From: Escherichia phage KKP 3954
DNA: 64,000 nt
Sequence record: OR067838.1
Direction: 5' to 3' (one strand)
The notes under the pieces were generated by a model, which made no database searches, was not told where the DNA came from, and saw only the letters and a program-made list of their open reading frames with translations. Positions within the stretch are counted from its first letter, which is position 1; each line of letters starts with the position of its first letter. Positions 30,099-38,231 of the stretch are shown one piece after another. The position numbers and the translations under genes are program-made.

Positions 30099-30184
30099 TG
30101 GCGATGAGTATAGGATTCGAACCTATATTGTTCTTTCGAACACGGATTAACAGTCCGCCGCTTAAACCGTTCAGCCAACTCATC
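30099..30184 (-). tRNA. class-II-shaped tRNA with anticodon GUU (Asn anticodon on Ser-like body)
   Basis: 7-bp acceptor, G73, anticodon stem GCGGA/UCCGU, loop CUGUUAA, long variable arm GUUC-GAAA-GAAC. Confidence 0.45.
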
Positions 30185-30190
30185 TTAATT

Positions 30191-30278
30191 TGGTGGTGAG
30201 TGATGGAGTCGAACCACCCGAATCGCAATGATAACAGATTTACAGTCTGCCCCGCTACCCCTACGGAATTAACTCACC
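30191..30278 (-). tRNA. tRNA-Tyr (GUA)
   Basis: 88 nt with long variable arm, anticodon loop CUGUAAA, A73, CCA encoded. Confidence 0.6.
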
Positions 30279-30409
30279 TAAATACTAATATTTAAATTCT
30301 TTTTAAAATAGCCAGTGTTCGCACCACTAACTATGAGTTATCGGTAAGATGGTGGGGGGCTATCTTCCGAAAGTTTACTCTATTAAAGTAAGCTACATTA
30401 AAAAGAACT

Positions 30410-30495
30410 TGGCGGTAGATGTAGGACTCGAACCTACACGCCGTTTCCGACTACAGTTTAGCAAACTGTCGTGGCTACCATTTCACCAATCTACC
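30410..30495 (-). tRNA. tRNA-Ser (GCU)
   Basis: Long variable arm GUCG-GAAA-CGGC, anticodon loop UUGCUAA, G73. Confidence 0.65.
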
Positions 30496-30500
30496 TAATC

Positions 30501-30591
30501 TGGCGGAAGGAGGGAGAGTCGAACTCCCAAGGCTCTTTCAAGCTCGGCGGTTTTCAAGACCGTTTTCGTCGCCACATCGATTTGCCCTTCC
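30501..30591 (-). tRNA. tRNA-Ser (UGA)
   Basis: 91 nt, long variable arm, anticodon loop CUUGAAA, T-arm GGGAG-UUCGACU-CUCCC; position 8 is C. Confidence 0.5.
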
Positions 30592-30825
30592 ATACTTATA
30601 ATCTAACATAAAATAATGATTGTTGTCAATACTTTTTTAAAACATTTTACCATGAATGGTGACTCCACCAACCCCCGTTCTCCACGAACGGTGCTCTTCG
30701 AGCATTTATGTCTTCTAATATAACCGTGGCCTTTGTTTATAATGTCTGACATACTTGCCTCATTCTCTGCCACCATGATCAGTAGTGGGTTCAAATCACT
30801 TGAGCTAATTCATGTTAAAATGTTC

Positions 30826-30900
30826 TGGTGTCTTTACAAGGAATCGAACCTTGACTAAGAGTTTAGAAGACTCCTGTGCTATCCATTACACCATAAAGAC
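30826..30900 (-). tRNA. tRNA-Arg (UCU)
   Basis: Perfect acceptor, D-arm GUGU/GCAC, anticodon loop CUUCUAA. Confidence 0.7.
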
Positions 30901-30902
30901 GT

Positions 30903-30977
30903 TGGTGGCCCTGGCTGGTTTCGATCCAGCTACCTATCGGTTATGAGCCGACAGCTCTCCCATTGAGCTACAGGGCC
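30903..30977 (-). tRNA. tRNA-Met or Ile2 (CAU)
   Basis: Perfect acceptor GGCCCUG/CAGGGCC, D-arm GCUC/GAGC, anticodon loop CUCAUAA. Confidence 0.6.
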
Positions 30978-31224
30978 ATAAATGTGGTAACAGAGACGCT
31001 GACGATTGTAGAGAACCGCTACATTCTCTAAGACCAAGCCCAACTTTCAGCGTAAAAGTTCTTGAGCCGAGACTATTCCTTTTCCTCTTTGGTAGCTAAC
31101 CTCTGAAGAAGTAGTCTCTAACACTATCCGCAGTGCAAGCCCCTCTTAACAAAAGTCAACGACCCTGTTACCACACTTGATGAACGTATCCTAACATATG
31201 AAGGATACGTTTGTCAATAGTTAT

Positions 31225-31539
31225 TTAAGCATATTCTGCTACTTCTTCACTATCTTTCTTTTCCAGAAGAGCAACAACCAAAGCTTCTGCGTTAAAAGTA
31301 TTAATTTCAAGATCCATCTCTCGCATCAGAGCCAAGAAATCAATAACTTTAACATCTTTAGTGATTACAATAGAAGTTGTACCATTGTTTTCAGATGTGT
31401 ATTTTTCTGGATGGAAAAGAAAAACTGCATTGCCGTTACCATCTTCAAACACGTGTTTTTCTAATAGAGACATTGTTCCTCCTAATCTGTTAGTTGTTCG
31501 TCCTCTACCAAGTTTGACACGAGAACGTCTGTTATACAT
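31225..31539 (-). CDS. hypothetical protein
   Basis: ORF with probable true start at internal ATG near 31472 preceded by GGAGGA. Confidence 0.25.
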   Translation of the reverse strand: MYNRRSRVKLGRGRTTNRLGGTMSLLEKHVFEDGNGNAVFLFHPEKYTSENNGTTSIVITKDVKVIDFLALMREMDLEINTFNAEALVVALLEKKDSEEVAEYA

Positions 31540-31733
31540 TGATGCTGATAAACCCTTTCGGGACTATCATCAAAAGCCAAACCTGTGCAAATAGAACAGA
31601 GGTCTGATTCCTTGATGACTCCATTTTTATCACGTCTGGAGTGGTTTGTCAAATGCCTATTACAAGCACGGCACCTAAAATAAAAGCTATTTTGCATATA
31701 TCCTTCGAACCCCAAATGGGGAGTGATCGGCAT
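31482..31733 (-). CDS. zinc-ribbon protein
   Basis: 83 aa with CRACNRH and CSICTG cysteine pairs. Confidence 0.3.
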   Translation of the reverse strand: MPITPHLGFEGYMQNSFYFRCRACNRHLTNHSRRDKNGVIKESDLCSICTGLAFDDSPERVYQHQCITDVLVSNLVEDEQLTD

Positions 31734-31770
31734 CTCCTCACTTCTAGTTTAGCACGAAGGATATCTTAAG

Positions 31771-31956
31771 TCAACTAGGAATAATTTTATCCCTTTTGGT
31801 TTCATAACCAGTCCAATCTAAATCCTCCCAGCCTTCATCATCGTCTAACACATTGTCATCGTCATAAGATGCAATGTTATAAATAGAACGTGGATTACAA
31901 GACATACAATCTTTAATAGGCACATGATGCCATTTGCACGGATTATCACTAATCAT
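31771..31956 (-). CDS. small Cys-rich acidic protein
   Basis: 61 aa, CKWHH and CMSCNP motifs. Confidence 0.25.
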   Translation of the reverse strand: MISDNPCKWHHVPIKDCMSCNPRSIYNIASYDDDNVLDDDEGWEDLDWTGYETKRDKIIPS

Positions 31957-32433
31957 TGCACACCTCCATTCTTGTTAAGATGTTTCATGTATTGTACTTC
32001 ATACTAATCTATAGATCAAGTATTATTTATAATAATTTATTATTTTAATTGATAGAAGTTGATCTATACATACCAGTTCTGATACACTGTACCTGTTTGT
32101 TAGATCTAATAATTATTTATTATTAATATTTAATAATTATTAATCTAATACGAATGACAATATTTGAGTATGAGAGTACTACATCAACAACCTAAAACCT
32201 TAACTCGCTGCGCTCGTTAATAGATTTCTAGGGTAGCATACTTCGAACACAAAAGTCAAGTGTTTTATTAAAATTATTTTCTGTGTGCAAAAACCTTGCT
32301 TAAACAGGTAGCAATAGTATAGCCTATAACATAAGCTTCATAAGAGGCTCGTAGAGCAAGTTTACTTACTAGGTAAGGTGATTTATCATCTTATATATAA
32401 AAAGTGCGTCAGAGACGCGTTTAGGAGGCTAGA
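31957..32433. promoter_or_regulatory. AT-rich divergent control region
   Basis: About 480 bp without ORFs between minus and plus gene blocks; TAATAATTATTTATTATT-type repeats, palindrome GATCTATAGATC, inverted repeat GCGTCAGAGACGC before first RBS. Confidence 0.4.
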
Positions 32434-32757
32434 ATGAGATTTACAAGACAAGAGGTGGTTGTGCTGGACGAAGCAATGACAATGATCGTCTTTTACTATG
32501 AGGATATCTTCTGTGCAGCATATCATTTAAATGACATTCAGATTGAATGGCAGCAGATAGCATTCCTGTTGGACAAGAGTAATCATTTAGATGGCTTTGA
32601 GTATTTGGAGTGGGATGGTGCAAAGGAAGTTAAAATTGTAGGGTTAAATCACGATCAGATTGTTGACATGCAATGTAAGTTGTGTCATTATCAGTTCTCA
32701 AATAAAGTTAAACTCGAAAGGCAACTGGAGGTAGTTAAAGATGATAGCACTAATTAG
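32434..32757 (+). CDS. hypothetical early protein
   Basis: 107-aa ORF with AGGAGG RBS. Confidence 0.3.
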   Translation: MRFTRQEVVVLDEAMTMIVFYYEDIFCAAYHLNDIQIEWQQIAFLLDKSNHLDGFEYLEWDGAKEVKIVGLNHDQIVDMQCKLCHYQFSNKVKLERQLEVVKDDSTN

Positions 32758-32853
32758 TGAGCATCCAATCCTGGCAACAATTGTTCTGATTTTCGCCATT
32801 TGTGTGGTTCACGATGTTCTGGTAAGCTATTTTGACAACAAAGGAGGTAAGAA

Positions 32854-33048
32854 ATGAAAGACGTTATTCAAATGGTATTCCGTGTCACCCTGGATGATAT
32901 TCATGTTGTTAAAGGCACCCAGAACTACACAGAAGCGAAAGAACATTTCCTGGAATGGGTTGAGACGTTGAAGACACAAAACGTTTCCTACAACCGTGTG
33001 ACGCTCACTGGCGACCATACCCCAATCATGGAGTACGTAAAGAAATGA
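32854..33048 (+). CDS. hypothetical early protein
   Basis: 64-aa ORF with RBS. Confidence 0.3.
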   Translation: MKDVIQMVFRVTLDDIHVVKGTQNYTEAKEHFLEWVETLKTQNVSYNRVTLTGDHTPIMEYVKK

Positions 33049-33284
33049 GCAAATATCCAATTACAGGTGTAACCTATTCTTGTGTATCCAAAGGTGGCTT
33101 ATATACGGTCGTGGAATTTCCAAAACCTGCCGGAATATCTAAAGTGTTTGATCCTGTTGTTATCTATGAAGATCTTAGAACAGGTCAACGTTATTGGAGA
33201 TTTGTGAATGACTTTTTAGATCGTATGGAGGTAGTAAGTGGCGAAAACACCGAAGAAGTTATCAAAGCCAAAGAACGTTACTAA
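33045..33284 (+). CDS. hypothetical early protein
   Basis: 79-aa ORF, translationally coupled. Confidence 0.3.
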   Translation: MSKYPITGVTYSCVSKGGLYTVVEFPKPAGISKVFDPVVIYEDLRTGQRYWRFVNDFLDRMEVVSGENTEEVIKAKERY

Positions 33285-33591
33285 GAAACCGAAAAACGAG
33301 GTTCTCAAAGTAGCCAAATCAGTTCCTAAGAAAGATAAATTTGATACGGAGGCATTCGTCTTTGACACACCAATCGAGAAGATTGAAGAAGCGTTGCAAC
33401 GTCTTGAGGAGCAGGAGGCAGATCCAATGGCTGAACCACTCACGGCAGACCAAATTTATTGGTGGGGAATATGGACTTTGCAACTACCAGAAGCAAAAAG
33501 AAGAGGAATGACTTCAGTTCCTACTTGCGCAAAAGAAGCGGCTGTGTTAGGTTTGTATGAGAAATCTAAAAAGAGGAGCAAAAAGAAATGA
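33238..33591 (+). CDS. lysine-rich basic protein, possible nucleic-acid binder
   Basis: 117 aa, Lys-rich at both termini. Confidence 0.3.
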   Translation: MAKTPKKLSKPKNVTKKPKNEVLKVAKSVPKKDKFDTEAFVFDTPIEKIEEALQRLEEQEADPMAEPLTADQIYWWGIWTLQLPEAKRRGMTSVPTCAKEAAVLGLYEKSKKRSKKK

Positions 33592-33869
33592 TCAAGACTT
33601 TCCTGAAGTGTGTAAAAGCAACAGATAATGAGTGGTACTCTGGATTATTCACTGCTGGCAAGAAATACGAGATCCTCAACGGGACAGGCAAGAAGTTTTC
33701 TCTCGTTATAAACGATGAAGGCACGAAGCAAATGGTATTTGCTGAAAGTTCTGTTTATGGTATTTTTGAAGTAGTGCAAGAAGGCTCTCCAATGATTCTG
33801 GAGTATCATGGCACTAATAAACCATATACTGCTATGGATGTTATCAACAATAAGAGGAATGCAAAATGA
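33588..33869 (+). CDS. hypothetical early protein
   Basis: 93-aa ORF. Confidence 0.3.
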   Translation: MIKTFLKCVKATDNEWYSGLFTAGKKYEILNGTGKKFSLVINDEGTKQMVFAESSVYGIFEVVQEGSPMILEYHGTNKPYTAMDVINNKRNAK

Positions 33870-34048
33870 TTTTACTTTATTCCGGTAAGGCGAAATACAT
33901 GCAAGGTGTTAAACGTGTAGAGGTTACTAAGACAGTAACAATCGGAAAATCTTTTATAGTTTATTATTTCATTATTAATGGGAAGGAGTATGCTGTAGCA
34001 AAGACCTTGGTTGATAATGGTAAAACGTGGAAAGTGGAGGCACTATGA
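33866..34048 (+). CDS. hypothetical early protein
   Basis: 60-aa ORF. Confidence 0.25.
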   Translation: MILLYSGKAKYMQGVKRVEVTKTVTIGKSFIVYYFIINGKEYAVAKTLVDNGKTWKVEAL

Positions 34049-34251
34049 TCCCTGTAGCTGGGTGGGTGGTATTGGCAACACTTAATGGGAATGTTACTGT
34101 GGAGACTAAAACCATCTTCAAAGCACCAGAAGATTGCTATAACTCCTTGGTAACTTGGCCTCGTGACGAGGATGATAAGGCAGAGTATCAGTGTTTTTAC
34201 ATTGAGGGTAAGCCTGTAGAATTTGAGGTTAAAGTGAAGGAGGAAAAATGA
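34027..34251 (+). CDS. hypothetical early protein
   Basis: 74-aa ORF. Confidence 0.3.
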   Translation: MESGGTMIPVAGWVVLATLNGNVTVETKTIFKAPEDCYNSLVTWPRDEDDKAEYQCFYIEGKPVEFEVKVKEEK

Positions 34252-34718
34252 GAATTAAAGTAACTAAAGCTTACGATGATAACCCGAAGTTTATCTCTTT
34301 GAATAAGAGTTATGGTGTCGAAAACGGCGATGAGTTCGAGGTTATCGATCTTTTTGAGGACCACGGTTATATTGTCAAAGCCCCAATCACAGAGCAGGCT
34401 ATTATCATCTTACGCACAGAGGCTGTTGAGGTAGGTTCTGATGAGCCTCAATATGACAGCCCATACATGACAGAGTGGATTGTGGCTGTAGATGTTGGAG
34501 GCAGGGTTTCTGTATTGAAAGCTCCTAATCTCCATCCTAGTTTTACAGAGAACGGTAAGACAGCTTTGGATTATGGGTTGCCAGAAGATGTTGAGAATAC
34601 ACCGCCAGGTATGTACCGTTGGATTTGCTCTTTCCATGAAGAGAAGGATTGGGAATCAGGGCTTGTTGATGATTGGCATTTTGAAGTGGAAAGTTCTTTT
34701 TTAATCATGCCAGCTTAA
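34248..34718 (+). CDS. hypothetical early protein
   Basis: 156-aa ORF. Confidence 0.3.
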   Translation: MRIKVTKAYDDNPKFISLNKSYGVENGDEFEVIDLFEDHGYIVKAPITEQAIIILRTEAVEVGSDEPQYDSPYMTEWIVAVDVGGRVSVLKAPNLHPSFTENGKTALDYGLPEDVENTPPGMYRWICSFHEEKDWESGLVDDWHFEVESSFLIMPA

Positions 34719-34728
34719 AGGAGGTTAT

Positions 34729-35073
34729 ATGAAAGTTTGGATAGATGATATGCGGAACCCAGCCGACTATGGACAGGAAGATGCAATTTGGTTTAAAACG
34801 TCACAAGAAGCTATGGCCTTTCTCAATGATCCTGCTAAACTGTATCGAAGAGTAACCGAGTGGTCTTTTGACAATGATTTAGGTATGGAGTCAGACCAAG
34901 ATGGGTATGATGTTTTCCTGCACCTGGAAGAACTTCTGGCGTTTGGTAAACCTTGCTTTGGTTCACCTACCATTTTCGTGCATACTTCTAATCCCGCCGC
35001 TGGGGATAAATTCATGCTTGCAAAAGAATCCATGCTGCGTTATGGTATTAAAATGATTCGTGTGCACTACTAA
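34729..35073 (+). CDS. hypothetical early protein
   Basis: 114-aa ORF. Confidence 0.3.
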   Translation: MKVWIDDMRNPADYGQEDAIWFKTSQEAMAFLNDPAKLYRRVTEWSFDNDLGMESDQDGYDVFLHLEELLAFGKPCFGSPTIFVHTSNPAAGDKFMLAKESMLRYGIKMIRVHY

Positions 35074-35232
35074 GGAGAGAACATGCATCATTTGGTTTGG
35101 TCGGAACAAGAAGAGGACGAAGGTTACTTTATCTACCGAGAAGAAGAGGATTGGCCCGACACAAGTAATGATCTTTTACTTCCAGACACTAGTTTTTTCG
35201 AGGATAACTTAAGAGAGGAGGATTAGGAAACA

Positions 35233-35589
35233 ATGAGTGGTATTGAAAACAACATTTGTTACCAACCTCTTACCTGGATGGGTGAGGGTCATTATGCGCA
35301 ACGTGTTATCGTCTGTGCTGCAAATAAGTATATTTTGAATAATGGTGAAGAGTTAATTATTCCTTGTGTTCGACATGCAAATCCTGTACTATATGCACAG
35401 TTAAACGTGTTGAAAGAAGCAGGTGTAATCAACAAAACTTTGTGCACACCAGATAATCAAGGCTTTATCGATCAGTATTACAATTGGTGGAGTCGTGCGG
35501 ATGCTTACATCATCGCGGAAAATGCTGACCAGATCGACCATGAGCGTAATGGTCACGACCATGAATTATTTAGCGAGGGATTATACTAA
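35233..35589 (+). CDS. hypothetical protein
   Basis: 118-aa ORF with RBS GGAGGA. Confidence 0.3.
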   Translation: MSGIENNICYQPLTWMGEGHYAQRVIVCAANKYILNNGEELIIPCVRHANPVLYAQLNVLKEAGVINKTLCTPDNQGFIDQYYNWWSRADAYIIAENADQIDHERNGHDHELFSEGLY

Positions 35590-36140
35590 TGTTTATTACA
35601 AGCGATTTGCATTTTATGCATAAACGTATTCGAGAGTTTGCTCCTGAATATCGTCCCTGGGAAGATATGGACCACATGACAGAAGCCTTGATCGAAGCAT
35701 GGAACAAATGTGCTACTACTCCTGGTGTTAAGATGTGGCATTTGGGCGACTTCTGTTTCGGAACTGAAGAAGATACCCGTAAAATTGCTTCCCGTCTCCA
35801 AGGAGATATCACCTACTGTGTTGGGAACCATGACTACAGCAAACACCGAGAAGTGCTTGCAGAGTATGGAGAAGTGGTGTATTATGACGAAGTGAAATAT
35901 CAGAAGCTGTTCTTCGTCTTAAGCCATTACCCTATGGCCTCCTGGAATAAACAAGGTCGTGGATCAATCATGCTACACGGGCATTCCCACGGATCTTTCC
36001 CTGATGAAGCTTATGGTAAAATGTTAGATGTGGGTTGGGATGCACACGGAAAAATCTTGCATTTTGATGAGATAATTTCTATGATGAGTAAACGAGATAT
36101 CGTGACTGTAGACCATCACAAAATAATCAAAGGAGAGTAA
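35589..36140 (+). CDS. calcineurin-like metallophosphoesterase
   Basis: Motifs SDLHF, GDFCFG, GNHD, GHSHG. Confidence 0.6.
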   Translation: MFITSDLHFMHKRIREFAPEYRPWEDMDHMTEALIEAWNKCATTPGVKMWHLGDFCFGTEEDTRKIASRLQGDITYCVGNHDYSKHREVLAEYGEVVYYDEVKYQKLFFVLSHYPMASWNKQGRGSIMLHGHSHGSFPDEAYGKMLDVGWDAHGKILHFDEIISMMSKRDIVTVDHHKIIKGE

Positions 36141-36141
36141 T

Positions 36142-37074
36142 GTGACTAAATTTAATTGCGACGATTTGGTTGAAAAAGGTTTAGTTCATAAGAAAACATA
36201 TAAAGAAGGAGAGTATTCTGGTCTATCTGTTCTTAAGTATAAGAACAAAGTTTTCTGGGATAACTTATGGAGCATTGATTCTCGTCTTCTAGAATGTCGC
36301 GGAATCGTTGTTGATGCTGATGACAATGTTGTTATTTGGCCTTTCACTAAGATTTTTAATCGTTTTGAGAATGGCACAGATCTACCATTGGATGAACTTG
36401 TAGATGTGGTTCGTAAAGTAAATGGTTTTATGGCCTCTGTAGGTGTATATAAAGGTCAACTTATTGTATCGACAACAGGAAGCCTTGAATCAGATTTTGC
36501 AAGTATTGCAAAGAATCGTATTGTTTCAGAGTGTGATGACATAGAACATTTCATCAAATGGACAGAGAGTGCAAAAGCAACTTTCCTTTTTGAAATCTGT
36601 GATCCTTCTGATCCGCATATTGTCGAAGAAGAACCAGGTGCATACTTAATTGGTGCCAGAATTCAAAATCCTGATGGGACAAGTTTTATGTTACCTGAAG
36701 GTGCTCTTGATGGAATTGCTTCTGTCACCAAATTTAAGCGTCCTGAAGTTCATCCAATGGTTAAGTTTTCAGATGTTGTTGAAATGTCTAAACATTGTAA
36801 ACACGAAGGGTTTATTGTTCGTGAAACAAACTGTCCGTTTAACTTACTTTTAAAGATTAAGTCACCATACTATCTTACTAAGAAGTTTCTTATGCGTGGT
36901 GGAGATAAGAAGTGGGATCTTATTTGGGATAATCCAAAAAATGCCAAACAAATTGTTGACGAAGAATATTACACTTTGTTAGAATGGATTCGAAATAATT
37001 TTACGAAGACTCAATGGGCTGCTTTAAATCAGCAAGAGCGACGTGAAGAAATCGAAAACTTCTTTGGAGGATAA
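36142..37074 (+). CDS. RNA ligase, T4 Rnl1-like
   Basis: LLECRGIVVD and motif I KVNG, EGFIVRE, LLLKIKSPYY parallel T4 RnlA blocks. Confidence 0.6.
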   Translation: MTKFNCDDLVEKGLVHKKTYKEGEYSGLSVLKYKNKVFWDNLWSIDSRLLECRGIVVDADDNVVIWPFTKIFNRFENGTDLPLDELVDVVRKVNGFMASVGVYKGQLIVSTTGSLESDFASIAKNRIVSECDDIEHFIKWTESAKATFLFEICDPSDPHIVEEEPGAYLIGARIQNPDGTSFMLPEGALDGIASVTKFKRPEVHPMVKFSDVVEMSKHCKHEGFIVRETNCPFNLLLKIKSPYYLTKKFLMRGGDKKWDLIWDNPKNAKQIVDEEYYTLLEWIRNNFTKTQWAALNQQERREEIENFFGG

Positions 37075-37479
37075 ATGAAACAACTTATCATTTTACGTGG
37101 TGTTTCAGGTGCTGGTAAATCTACAGTAGCAGAAATTATTTCTGAAGGTTATTGGCCTATCTGCGAGGCAGATCAATATCATTACACAGAAAGTGGTGTT
37201 TACGATTGGAAGCCAGAAAATGTAGGTAAAGCACACGCATGGTGTCAGAGTATTGTTCGTGATGCTATGGCGTCTAATCTTAACAAGATTATTGTTTCTA
37301 ACACTTCAACCACAGAGAAAGAACTTAAACCTTATCTAGCTCTTGCTGAAGAGTTTGGTTATCAAGTTATCTCTTTAGTTGTTGAAAATAGGCACGGTAA
37401 TGATTCAATTCACGAGGTTCCACAATATATCCGTGATCAGCAAGAGAAACGTCTTCGTGGTTCACTTAAACTTCAATAA
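37075..37479 (+). CDS. polynucleotide 5'-kinase (P-loop)
   Basis: Walker A GVSGAGKST, IVSNTS block like T4 Pnk kinase domain. Confidence 0.55.
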   Translation: MKQLIILRGVSGAGKSTVAEIISEGYWPICEADQYHYTESGVYDWKPENVGKAHAWCQSIVRDAMASNLNKIIVSNTSTTEKELKPYLALAEEFGYQVISLVVENRHGNDSIHEVPQYIRDQQEKRLRGSLKLQ

Positions 37480-37488
37480 GGAGAAATA

Positions 37489-37815
37489 ATGCAGATTTAT
37501 ACAGATGATCGTAAATATGAGACAATTTTAGATGAAGATACTGGACGAATTACCGTTCTCCGTCACGGTGAAGAGTGGCGTGATGAAACGGGAGACAATT
37601 ATATCTTGTCTCTGATTCATCTTATTGAACAAATGCGTGATGATTACGCTGAACTGCATTATGAAAATGAGGCGAATAAAGTAAAATTTGAAAATGAATT
37701 AGAAGAGAAAGAATCTGAAATGGTATATCTAAAAGAAGAGATCTCCCGTTTGGAGGAAGAGATTGATGCTCTTCAGGAAGAGATTTACGAACTCAACAGC
37801 GAACTGAATGCTTAA
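37489..37815 (+). CDS. coiled-coil protein
   Basis: 108 aa, Glu-rich heptad C-terminus. Confidence 0.3.
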   Translation: MQIYTDDRKYETILDEDTGRITVLRHGEEWRDETGDNYILSLIHLIEQMRDDYAELHYENEANKVKFENELEEKESEMVYLKEEISRLEEEIDALQEEIYELNSELNA

Positions 37816-37824
37816 GGATGAATT

Positions 37825-38013
37825 ATGAAAAAAGATATCGTTGTTGATTGGCTGACTTGTCCTTGTGGCAGTCATGAAATCTCTGTAAACACAGAAGGTG
37901 ATAAACATTATTTGTTCTATGGTGATAAAATCACTTGCCTTTCTTGCGGACGCATTGGTATTATAGAAACAGATGATTGCTGTGTTTTTGAATCTTGGGA
38001 TGAAGATGAATGA
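37825..38013 (+). CDS. zinc-ribbon protein
   Basis: CPCG and CLSCG pairs in 62 aa. Confidence 0.3.
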   Translation: MKKDIVVDWLTCPCGSHEISVNTEGDKHYLFYGDKITCLSCGRIGIIETDDCCVFESWDEDE

Positions 38014-38231
38014 GTACTGCATTTTATGTTCGTAGCGGAGACGAGGATTTTCTAGCTACTTTTGATGACGGTGATCTTGAAGATATGTATGAAGATATGC
38101 TTGACTATGCCAAAGGGCAAGGTTTCACAAGCATTGATTATATGTTGGCAACATCTACAACGTTACTCGACGCAGATTTGGATGAAGTGTGTAACAGATT
38201 GAAAATTTCAGTTTTTAAATGGGAGGACTAA
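38010..38231 (+). CDS. acidic small protein
   Basis: 73-aa Asp/Glu-rich ORF. Confidence 0.25.
   Translation: MSTAFYVRSGDEDFLATFDDGDLEDMYEDMLDYAKGQGFTSIDYMLATSTTLLDADLDEVCNRLKISVFKWED

Noticed and set aside
30781-30800. Plus-strand GGGTTCAAATC, a possible T-arm of a plus-strand tRNA.
   Set aside because: Flanking bases do not form a T-stem or acceptor stem on either strand.
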